A stretch of 32,000 nucleotides of DNA from an uncultured bacterium (GTDB lineage Bacteria; Margulisbacteria; WOR-1; CAVSGV01), in assembly GCA_963699255.1 (NCBI GenBank), contig OY969425.1:1320001-1352000 (forward strand), read 5' to 3'. Numbering within the stretch: the first letter of the stretch is position 1; every line of letters starts with the position of its first letter. Position numbers and translations under genes: made by a program. The notes under the pieces are model-generated. The model was not told the DNA's origin, did no database searches, and was given only the letters and a program-made list of their open reading frames with translations. This document shows, in pieces, positions 7,826-15,239 of this stretch.

Positions 7826-7854
7826 TTGACGATTAAGGGCATATTTATTATACT
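7826..7854 (+). promoter_or_regulatory. Sigma-70-like promoter of aroE (TTGACG-N17-TATACT)
   Basis: -35 at 7826-7831, a 17-nt spacer, and -10 at 7849-7854. The ATG at 7863 is 8 nt after the -10, and no SD lies between them. Confidence 0.55.
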
Positions 7855-7862
7855 TGACCCAG

Positions 7863-8762
7863 ATGGTAAAAATAAACGGCTCAACAAAAGTTACCGGGAT
7901 CATAGGCTATCCTATAACTCACAGTGTTTCTCCGCAAATGCACAACGCCGCGTATGAAAAGCTGGGGCTCAACTATTGTTATGTCCCGATCGCCGTCAAG
8001 CCGGAAGATCTTGAGAGAGCGCTTGAAGGCATAAGGATACTCGGTATGACCGGCGTCAATGTGACCATCCCGCACAAGGAAGCCGTGGTTTCGCACCTTG
8101 ACGAAGCGACAAAAATAGTCAGATTGATTGGAACCGCGAACGTGATATTGAGCCAGGAAGGTCGGCTTATCGGCTATAACACCGATGGCCCCGGGTTCAT
8201 AGATTCACTCAAGGAAGACGCCGGATTTGATGTGGCCGGAAAACGCGCGGTGGTCCTTGGCGCGGGCGGAGGGGCAAGGTCCGCCGCCATCATGCTTGCC
8301 CAGGACGGCGTAAAGAACCTTGTGATTTCTGACCTGATATATGAAAAATCCGAGGAGCTTTGTGAATACATAAATTCACATTTTGAAATAGCTCCCTACG
8401 CATGCCCGGTAAAAAGCGCAGAACTAAAAAAACTGGTCGAGAGCTGTGACTTGCTCGTTAATGCTACTCCCATAGGGATGTATCCGAAAGTGAACGAATG
8501 CCCGATCGATGATGACTACAAGATCCCCAGGTCGGCCGTTGTTTATGACCTAGTTTACAATCCCCTTGAAACCAAGCTCCTTAAGTTAGCAAAGGCGAAT
8601 GGAGCAAAAGCCGTGTCAGGGATAGGGATGTTGATAAGACAAGGCGCCCTGGCCTTTTCTTTGTTCACTGAACAAGAAGCTCCTGTCCAAATAATGAAAG
8701 AAGCCGCGTTAGAAGCTCTTAAGTTTTTTCCGCCCGCCAAAGAGCATCAGCGGACAAGTTAA
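7863..8762 (+). CDS. aroE: Shikimate 5-dehydrogenase
   Basis: VTGIIGYPITHSVSPQMHNAAYEKLGLNYCYVPIAV ... GVNVTIPHKEAV ... GYNTDGPGF ... VLGAGGGARS are canonical AroE motifs. I prefer the ATG at 7863 because the TTG at 7854 overlaps the -10 hexamer. Confidence 0.9.
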   Translation: MVKINGSTKVTGIIGYPITHSVSPQMHNAAYEKLGLNYCYVPIAVKPEDLERALEGIRILGMTGVNVTIPHKEAVVSHLDEATKIVRLIGTANVILSQEGRLIGYNTDGPGFIDSLKEDAGFDVAGKRAVVLGAGGGARSAAIMLAQDGVKNLVISDLIYEKSEELCEYINSHFEIAPYACPVKSAELKKLVESCDLLVNATPIGMYPKVNECPIDDDYKIPRSAVVYDLVYNPLETKLLKLAKANGAKAVSGIGMLIRQGALAFSLFTEQEAPVQIMKEAALEALKFFPPAKEHQRTS

Positions 8763-8860
8763 TAACTGTCGATATAAGCTGCAGCTGTCAGGTATTCCAA
8801 CAATAATCCTAATTAATCGCACTCAAATTAATGGCACGATAATTGCTTGCAATTCAATTG

Positions 8861-9949
8861 ATGGAGGCTAAATCCAATAACGGAGCTGTTCCACTAATAA
8901 ATGATCTGCTCGAAAAAGCTGCAAATCTGGATGCGAGCGATATACATATCGAGCCGAGTGGAGGGAGCTTAAGGGTAAGGTACAGGGTTGACGGGCTTCT
9001 GCAGCCCGGGATCACCATCCACAGGTCCATGCAGCAGCAAATAATCTCGAGGATAAAGATCCTGGGTGACATGGACATTTCCGAGCAAAGGCTGCCGCAG
9101 GACGGAAGGACGTTCATCAAGGCAGGTTCCCGCGAGTTCGACCTCAGGATATCGACCATTCCAACGTTCCACGGTGAAAAAGCGGTAATAAGGCTGCTTG
9201 ACAGGAAGAAAACATCCCTGCCGCTGGAAGTTCTAGGGATGTTCGAAGAAGATCTTGCCTTTTACAAGAAGGAATTAGAAAAGTCCCAGGGCCTGATAAT
9301 CGTTTGCGGGCCTACGGGATGCGGGAAAACCACGACATTATATTCGTCGCTTGAAAAGATCAACAAGGATCTGCTGAACATCGTGACGATCGAAGACCCT
9401 ATAGAATACCAGCTGTCAAAGATCAACCAGATACAGGTCAATTATAAGACCGGACTTACGTTCGCCAGGGGCCTTAGAGGGATACTCCGCCAGGACCCGG
9501 ACGTTATAATGGTGGGAGAGATAAGGGACGGAGAAACGGCCGTTATAGCCATACAGGCCGCGATGACGGGGCACCTTGTTTTTGCTACCCTCCATACCAA
9601 TGACGCGGTAAGTTCGATCGTAAGGCTGATCGATATGGGAATAGAGCCTTACTTAATATCAAGCACGCTAAAATGCATCCTTTCGCAGAGGCTTGTAAGA
9701 AAGCTATGCGAAACATGCAAGGGCAGCGGCTGCAAGGCTTGCAATCAAGCGGGTTACAAGGGAAGGGTCGGCGTGTTTGAGATGTTAAAGATCGATAACG
9801 CGATCAAGGACCAGATCAACAGGAGGTCAAGCTCCCATGAGCTGGCAAAGCTGACCAGGTTCAAGACCATGACGGAAAACGCTGAAGTCCTGGTCAGGAA
9901 CGGGGTAACGACCAGGGAAGAGGTTTCACGGACCATGTATACGGAATAA
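8861..9949 (+). CDS. GspE/PilB-family secretion/pilus ATPase, short form without the usual N-terminal domains
   Basis: ASDIHIEPSGGSLRVRYRVDGLL, RISTIPTFHGEKAVIRLL, Walker A GPTGCGKTT, Walker B/His box DPDVIMVGEIRDGETAVIAIQAAMTGHLVFATLHTNDA, and a Cys cluster CETCKGSGCKAC. The start is uncertain: TTG 8843 in the track, ATG 8861 given here. Confidence 0.85.
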   Translation: MEAKSNNGAVPLINDLLEKAANLDASDIHIEPSGGSLRVRYRVDGLLQPGITIHRSMQQQIISRIKILGDMDISEQRLPQDGRTFIKAGSREFDLRISTIPTFHGEKAVIRLLDRKKTSLPLEVLGMFEEDLAFYKKELEKSQGLIIVCGPTGCGKTTTLYSSLEKINKDLLNIVTIEDPIEYQLSKINQIQVNYKTGLTFARGLRGILRQDPDVIMVGEIRDGETAVIAIQAAMTGHLVFATLHTNDAVSSIVRLIDMGIEPYLISSTLKCILSQRLVRKLCETCKGSGCKACNQAGYKGRVGVFEMLKIDNAIKDQINRRSSSHELAKLTRFKTMTENAEVLVRNGVTTREEVSRTMYTE

Positions 9950-9951
9950 CC

Positions 9952-9980
9952 TTGACTTGAACTGCCCTCTATTGTATAAA
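9952..9980 (+). promoter_or_regulatory. Sigma-70-like promoter of plsC (TTGACT-N17-TATAAA)
   Basis: -35 at 9952-9957, a 17-nt spacer, and -10 at 9975-9980. The ATG at 9988 is 7 nt after the -10, with no SD. Confidence 0.55.
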
Positions 9981-9987
9981 ATAAGTA

Positions 9988-10728
9988 ATGATAATAATAA
10001 GATTCATACATACAATAATTTTTTACTCGATCGCCGTGATCACCTTTTTTCTAGGCACTCTGCTGACGATCCCCTTCGCGATCATTGCCAGGGAACATCA
10101 TAAGGTATTTCAATTTTCCGCGCGCGCGTGGGCAAGAATGCTGATGTTGATCAGCGGCGCAAAGATAACCATCTCGGGGCTTGACAGGATACCGAAAGAA
10201 GGCGGGCTGATATTCGCCTCGAACCATCAGGGAGCTCTTGATATCCTTATCCTTCTCGCGTATCTTCCCAGGTATTTCCGTTTTGTCGCAAAAAGCGACC
10301 TTTTCAAGATCCCCTTGTTCGGGTGGTATATGAGCGTGGCTGGATATGTGCCGATAGAGCGGGAAGTAAGCACGAGCGCGCACAGGACCATCGGCAGCGT
10401 CTCGGATGTATTGACCAAGGGTGACTGCGTATTGATGTTCCCTGAAGGTACAAGGTCAAAGACCGGGGAACTGGGTGATTTCAAAAGGGGGAGCCTGATG
10501 GCCGCTTTCTCAAGCGGAGCAAAGGTTATACCGGTAGCCGTCACCGGCAGTTACCAGATGATGCCGAAAAAGACATATTTAATAAACGTAGTGCCGATCA
10601 GCATTAAGTTCGGGCAGCCGATGTCTTTCAAGAAATACCTCGGTTCAAGGCCGGGCAAGAACGATTATGAGGTCGAGCTGAAAAGGTTGAGAGAAGAGAT
10701 CCAGGGCCTTTTGGGAACTAATGCATAA
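9988..10728 (+). CDS. plsC: 1-acyl-sn-glycerol-3-phosphate acyltransferase
   Basis: N-terminal TM helix, then acyltransferase motifs NHQGALD (NHxxxxD) and FPEGTRS. Confidence 0.9.
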   Translation: MIIIRFIHTIIFYSIAVITFFLGTLLTIPFAIIAREHHKVFQFSARAWARMLMLISGAKITISGLDRIPKEGGLIFASNHQGALDILILLAYLPRYFRFVAKSDLFKIPLFGWYMSVAGYVPIEREVSTSAHRTIGSVSDVLTKGDCVLMFPEGTRSKTGELGDFKRGSLMAAFSSGAKVIPVAVTGSYQMMPKKTYLINVVPISIKFGQPMSFKKYLGSRPGKNDYEVELKRLREEIQGLLGTNA

Positions 10729-10730
10729 AT

Positions 10731-11984
10731 TCATTTAGGGGCCGGCTTGAGATCTTTGTTAAATATAATGTTTGTCTCTTCTTCCTCTGACACGGCCTTA
10801 TCCATTTTTGAATATATTTCATACCTGGCCGTTGATTCATACTGTAGGATAACATTTCTATCTTCCACGCTGGGATATTTGCGGAGCAATTTTTTTGTTT
10901 GAGCCGTTATCACTGCCAAAGCCTCATTAAATAATGTATTCACCTTTGTTTTATCTCGCCCGGCTCCGGCCATTTCTAAAGCGATATCGCTGATGGCGGC
11001 AGCTCTATCATACGGATCTGTAATGGTCCTAGCTATTACAAGTGCATCATCAAATCGCCCGGCTTTATCCATTTCTATAGCAATAGCGCTAATGGCTTTT
11101 GATTTAGAGACCGCGTTTTCGATCGTTTGAGCTTCCGACAGGGCTTCTTTGAAGAGTCCGGCTTTGGCCATTTCTGAAACTATGACACTGATAACATTAT
11201 CCCTCTCATCTGGATCGGTAATGTCCCGAGCTACTGTCAAAGCTTCTTCAAATACTTTTATTACCTCGCTTTTATCCGCAATGCTCGCAGCCATTTCTGA
11301 CGCTATATCGCTGATGGAGCTTGCTTTATAATCTAATAATATGATCGTCTTAGCCGCATCCAAAGCCTCATGAAATAATTTAACCTTTGTCATTGCAGAA
11401 GTTATATTGCTAAGGGCGTACGAGCTAAAGCGGGGGTCTTCCATAGCCTGAGCAGCCGCGACAGCTTCCTTGAATATTTCTTTATATGCGACATCGCTTA
11501 ACTTGGCTTTGGACACTTCTGAAGATATGATATTTATAACGGCTAATTTATAATAAATATTTTCAATACTCTTAAGTGTTGCCAGAGATTCCTTAAACAG
11601 TCCGGCTTTTGCCATATTTGAGGCTGCCTCTGCGAGGGCTGACGTTTTTTGATTGGGATCCTTAATGGCACGGATCGTTTTCAGTTGTTCGTTGAACAAT
11701 GTCCGAAGGGTGTTTTTGTCATCCGCGGTTAAAGGATATTTTTGCTTTTCTTCCAGAGTTGCTCTGAGGAGGCTCCACAAATAAAATTTGGCTTCGGCCT
11801 CTACTATTTCCCCATCCCCGTTTATGTCAGCTTTTTTATTATAACCCTCATCCGCTGTCCACAGGTTCCAGATGGACGGCTGTTCAATTATTCCGTTCTC
11901 ATTCTTGTCATTAAACCCGCAGAGCTTATAGAGAACTTGAGTTTCTTTAGGAGCTTTTTGCCGCGTACATCCATATATCATCAA
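10731..11984 (-). CDS. EF-hand pair plus ~7 alpha-helical 33-41 aa repeats; paralog family member P1
   Basis: Two EF-hand-like loops: DKNENGIIEQPS (aa 26-37) and the canonical DINGDGEIVEAE (aa 53-64). They are followed by the linker EKQKYPLTADDKNTLRTLFNEQL and then repeats such as ITDPDERDNVISVIVSEMAKAGLFKEALSEAQT and ITDPYDRAAAISDIALEMAGAG. No signal peptide. GAGGAGG lies upstream. Confidence 0.75.
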   Translation of the reverse strand: MMIYGCTRQKAPKETQVLYKLCGFNDKNENGIIEQPSIWNLWTADEGYNKKADINGDGEIVEAEAKFYLWSLLRATLEEKQKYPLTADDKNTLRTLFNEQLKTIRAIKDPNQKTSALAEAASNMAKAGLFKESLATLKSIENIYYKLAVINIISSEVSKAKLSDVAYKEIFKEAVAAAQAMEDPRFSSYALSNITSAMTKVKLFHEALDAAKTIILLDYKASSISDIASEMAASIADKSEVIKVFEEALTVARDITDPDERDNVISVIVSEMAKAGLFKEALSEAQTIENAVSKSKAISAIAIEMDKAGRFDDALVIARTITDPYDRAAAISDIALEMAGAGRDKTKVNTLFNEALAVITAQTKKLLRKYPSVEDRNVILQYESTARYEIYSKMDKAVSEEEETNIIFNKDLKPAPK

Positions 11985-12023
11985 CTTTTATTCCTCCTCA
12001 GATTTTTTATGCGGATTTCTTGT

Positions 12024-12767
12024 TTATAGTATTATATTAACCGGATCACCCTCGGCGCTTCTTACCTTTTTAGCTTCTGCGAGAGCCCTGGATCCTTCAA
12101 ATGCGACCCTGTTATACATAAGATTTATTTCAATTATGCTCCTGTTGAACAAAAGAATAGAATCTGCCAGGGCCATGGCACCGTTGTCTCCTATGCGATT
12201 ACCCCAAAGATTGATCTTTGTTAGACTCCTATTGACTTTAAATGCGTCTGCCAGAGCTTTGGCCCCTTCATCACCGATCTGATTTTCCCCTAAATTGATC
12301 TCGGTAATGCTCTTATTGACTTTTAGGACCTCAGCAAGGGCCTTGGCCCCCTTATCGCCGATGCGCTGCCCGGAAAGGTCAATTTTGCTTCTGGTCGAGT
12401 TCATCATAAGGGCAGATCGGACCTGCTCGTTCACTGAAACCCCATATTTTTTGCAAGCCTCTTCATAGACTTCAACGAATATTTTCCGAAGGGCCTTATT
12501 ATCTTCCGCAGTTAAAGGATATTTTTGTTTCTCTCCCAGGCTTATATTCGCGAGGCTCCATAGATAATACTTGGCTTCAGCTTCAACTATTTTTCCATCC
12601 TTGTTTATATCGGCTTCTTCTTTATATCCCTCTTTCGCCGGCCAAATATGCGGGATGATCGACTTTTCAATCACTCCGTCCTCATTTTTATCGTTAAATC
12701 CGCAAAGCTTATAGAGAGCTTCTGTTTCTTTGGAAGCTTTAGGCCGCGAACATCCGGTTATTATCAT
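12024..12767 (-). CDS. EF-hand pair plus four ribonuclease-inhibitor-type leucine-rich repeats; paralog P2
   Basis: The N-terminal ~95 aa align with P1 (MIITGCSRPKASKETEALYKLCGFNDKNEDG...DINKDGKIVEAEAKYYLWSL...EKQKYPLTAEDNKALRKIF). The C-terminal part has 28-29 aa repeats such as ITEINLGENQIGDEGAKALADAFKVNRS, which is the RI/NLR-type LRR pattern. Confidence 0.8.
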   Translation of the reverse strand: MIITGCSRPKASKETEALYKLCGFNDKNEDGVIEKSIIPHIWPAKEGYKEEADINKDGKIVEAEAKYYLWSLANISLGEKQKYPLTAEDNKALRKIFVEVYEEACKKYGVSVNEQVRSALMMNSTRSKIDLSGQRIGDKGAKALAEVLKVNKSITEINLGENQIGDEGAKALADAFKVNRSLTKINLWGNRIGDNGAMALADSILLFNRSIIEINLMYNRVAFEGSRALAEAKKVRSAEGDPVNIIL

Positions 12768-12815
12768 TTTAATCCTTCACCTTTTAATTTATGACAGATC
12801 CTCTTTTCCCGCATC

Positions 12816-12844
12816 TATATCGTCAGCATTTTTCAGGAGTTTCA
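12816..12844 (-). promoter_or_regulatory. Promoter-like motif TGAAAC-N17-GATATA upstream of paralog P2
   Basis: The minus strand reads tgaaac-tcctgaaaaatgctgac-gatata. It lies inside a ~40-nt block that is ~90% identical to the P3 upstream region. Confidence 0.4.
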
Positions 12845-12863
12845 GTTTTTCCCAAGATTAAGC

Positions 12864-13709
12864 TTATTTAGGCTCCCCTACCATACTCCCAAAATGATCA
12901 ATAAATCCATGATATGCATCTTCTTTGTCGCTTTGATCCAGTCCTGCATCAGACATTAATGAATTTATCTTTCTAATGGCAAGAGTTTCATAATGAAAGA
13001 TCATATCTCGAATATTATCGTCCGGATTTTCACGCATTTGTTTATTTGTATAAGCCACTTCCAGTTTTATAGCCTCACGAAATGTGTTGCATAACTTGTT
13101 TTTGTCCGCTCCGGCAAAAGCCATGCCTAAAGCTATTTCACTAATGGCTTCTGCTTTTTGTTCCCCTGTATCCTCGTTTTTCCGAACTGCTTTCAGCTTT
13201 TCATTAAACATTATCAGGAGATCGCTTTTGTCTTTTTCGGTTAACGGGTATTTTTGTCTGTCTATGCAAAACTCTGCCCTAACCCAAATATCTGTCTCAA
13301 CTTCATTACATGCTTTTTCTATATCGCTTTTATTTAACCTTGCCTTAGCCATTTTTGAAAGGATCCATTTAATGGCTACAGCTTCACTATCTAAAATATT
13401 CACCCTTCTATTGTCATCCGGGTTTTTAATACATAATTCATTGATCTGAGTTTCTTCCCAATATAAAGCTTCTTCAAATACTTTGATCACCTCGTTTTTA
13501 TCTAACCCTTTTTTTGCCATATCTAAAGCTATATCGCTAACAATGATCGATCTATAATGTAAATTATTAATAGTCCGGGCTATTGCCAGCTTTTCATTGA
13601 ATAATGTCCGAAGAGTGTTTTTATCTTCATTAGTTAACGGGGGCTTTTGTTTCTCCTGCGGACTTATTTTGGAACCATTAGAAACCTGTGAATATGCAGT
13701 TATCATCAT
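12864..13709 (-). CDS. Paralog P3: the same leader, no EF-hands, two copies of the QK(Y/P)PLT linker each followed by helical repeats
   Basis: MMITAYSQ...QEKQKPPLTNEDKNTLRTLFNEKLAIARTINNLHYRSIIVSDIALDMAKKGLDKNEVIKVFEEAL, and a second copy DRQKYPLTEKDKSDLLIMFNEKLKAVRKNEDTGEQKAEAISEIALGMAFAGADKNKL. Its upstream region is ~90% identical to that of P2 over ~40 nt. Confidence 0.7.
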   Translation of the reverse strand: MMITAYSQVSNGSKISPQEKQKPPLTNEDKNTLRTLFNEKLAIARTINNLHYRSIIVSDIALDMAKKGLDKNEVIKVFEEALYWEETQINELCIKNPDDNRRVNILDSEAVAIKWILSKMAKARLNKSDIEKACNEVETDIWVRAEFCIDRQKYPLTEKDKSDLLIMFNEKLKAVRKNEDTGEQKAEAISEIALGMAFAGADKNKLCNTFREAIKLEVAYTNKQMRENPDDNIRDMIFHYETLAIRKINSLMSDAGLDQSDKEDAYHGFIDHFGSMVGEPK

Positions 13710-13756
13710 TTTTATCTTCCTCCATAAATTAAAAACAGATTCATTTTCCCAGCCTC

Positions 13757-13785
13757 TATATCGTCAGCATTTTTCAGGAATTTCA
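13757..13785 (-). promoter_or_regulatory. Promoter-like motif TGAAAT-N17-GATATA upstream of paralog P3
   Basis: The minus strand reads tgaaat-tcctgaaaaatgctgac-gatata. Confidence 0.4.
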
Positions 13786-13877
13786 CTTTTTCTGAGGATA
13801 ATGATCAAGGTTGAGGAAGGATATTTAAAGAGGTCATTCCATTTTGCGTTAATGCATTTCGGCAGACAGGTGGGGCT

Positions 13878-15233
13878 TTAGGGGGTCAAAATATCCATTG
13901 CTTCTTTTATGTGTGAAACAGGAACAACCTTTATCCCTTTAATTTTGCCTATTTCCGGGAAATTGCCCTTCGGTATCACCGCAGTCCTGAATCCGAGTTT
14001 CGAAGCTTCCGTTATCCTTCCCTCGATCTGATCCACAGCCCTTATCTCCCCTGCCAATCCCACTTCCCCGATAAAAACGATGTCCGAACTTATCTTTTTG
14101 TCCTTGTAACACGAGATAATGGCCATGATCACCGGAAGATCCACGGCAGGCTCGTTCAATTCGATCCCGCCGGCAACATTAATATAAACATCCTTGTCGC
14201 CAAGCCTTATACCAAGGCGCCTGTCAATGACGGCAACCAGCATGAGCGCCCTGTTATAGTCAAATCCATTCGCGCTCCTCCTGGGCACGGCGGTATTGGA
14301 GTGGCTTACCAGAGCCTGGATCTCCACCAGAAGAGGCCTTGTCCCCTCTATCGAAACGGTGATCGCGGAGCCAGCGGCATCCGATCTTTCCTCAATGAAC
14401 AGCTTTGAAGGGTTCTTCACTTCCAGGAGCCCCGATTCTTTCATCTCAAATATCCCGACCTCGTTCGTAGAGCCGAACCTGTTCTTCACGGCCCTTAATA
14501 TCCTGTACTGCCTATGGGTTTCGCCCTCAAAATAAAGGACGGTATCGACAATATGCTCCAGCACTCTCGGGCCGGCGATGTTGCCCTCTTTTGTCACATG
14601 CCCCACAAAGAACACCGGGATATTCGATGATTTAGCAAGACGGACAAGATAAGATGCGCATTCCCTTACCTGGCTAACAGAGCCGGGAGCCGATGGGATG
14701 TCCTCCCTGTACATGGTCTGTATGGAATCAATGACGACGAATTTCGGTTTGGTCTCTATCATGCTCGCTTCAATCGCGAAAATGTTGTTCTCCGGCAGGA
14801 TGTGGAGGTTTTCCGAGAGGGTGCCGAGTCTCTGCGCCCTCAGCCTTATCTGTTTTGCGGATTCTTCGCCTGAAACATATAGAACGTTCTCTGTCTTTGA
14901 GAGCGAGTCCGCCGCCTGAAGCATTAGGGTGGACTTGCCTATCCCAGGATCCCCACCCACAAGGACGGCGGAGCCGGCGACAACTCCACCACCTAAAACC
15001 CGGTCAAGCTCTCCGATCCCCGTCGACTTCCGTTCTTCAGGACTGAAATCAAGTTCTGTGATAGGCCGAGGTTTGGAGGATGTGACGATCTGCCTGACCT
15101 TCATTTGCGATGCGACAGGGGCCTGTTCTTCCACGATGGAATTCCATTGTCCGCATTCAGGGCACTTACCAACCCATCGTGGCGATTCGTAGCCGCATGA
15201 CTGGCATACATATTTAATGTCCTGCTTGGGCAA
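13878..15233 (-). CDS. radA: DNA repair protein RadA/Sms
   Basis: N-terminal zinc ribbon CQSCGYESPRWVGKCPECGQWNS, Walker A GGDPGIGKST, the KNRFG motif, and a Lon-like C-terminal domain. Confidence 0.95.
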   Translation of the reverse strand: MPKQDIKYVCQSCGYESPRWVGKCPECGQWNSIVEEQAPVASQMKVRQIVTSSKPRPITELDFSPEERKSTGIGELDRVLGGGVVAGSAVLVGGDPGIGKSTLMLQAADSLSKTENVLYVSGEESAKQIRLRAQRLGTLSENLHILPENNIFAIEASMIETKPKFVVIDSIQTMYREDIPSAPGSVSQVRECASYLVRLAKSSNIPVFFVGHVTKEGNIAGPRVLEHIVDTVLYFEGETHRQYRILRAVKNRFGSTNEVGIFEMKESGLLEVKNPSKLFIEERSDAAGSAITVSIEGTRPLLVEIQALVSHSNTAVPRRSANGFDYNRALMLVAVIDRRLGIRLGDKDVYINVAGGIELNEPAVDLPVIMAIISCYKDKKISSDIVFIGEVGLAGEIRAVDQIEGRITEASKLGFRTAVIPKGNFPEIGKIKGIKVVPVSHIKEAMDILTP

Positions 15234-15239
15234 GTTTGA

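Noticed and set aside
7444-7887. 147-aa minus-strand ORF spanning the small-ORF region and repeat element copy B
   Set aside because: It runs antisense to ORF 7483..7710 and straight through the palindromic element and the aroE promoter. Part of its sequence (NPHPFNSPLHEMERG) is just the element read in frame. It has no SD.
8763-8842. GATATA at ~8771 and GATAAT at ~8836 upstream of the PilB-like gene, and GATAAT at 17809 upstream of ORF 17841, as further members of the sigma-28-like set
   Set aside because: The -10-like core is present, but the GAAA/TGAAA element at the required 15-17 nt spacing is missing (GCAAGT and AGCGGA instead). They were therefore not counted as the same promoter class. 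Only the post -10 leader similarity of 17841 is noted.
10726-10733. Convergent gene ends with almost no spacer (plsC/P1 2 nt apart; ORF 25360/nadC overlapping by 17 nt at 25955-25971) as possible antisense regulation
   Set aside because: No hairpin or other signal is visible, compact genomes often show such arrangements, and the coding status of ORF 25360 is uncertain.
11964-11984. The leader M-I-(I/Y)-(T/G)-G-C of paralogs P1/P2 read as a lipoprotein lipobox
   Set aside because: There is no positively charged or hydrophobic signal region before the Cys. For P2, an in-frame stop lies 4 codons upstream of the ATG, so a longer signal peptide cannot be encoded. I kept the resemblance as a curiosity inside the paralog finding and made no lipoprotein call.
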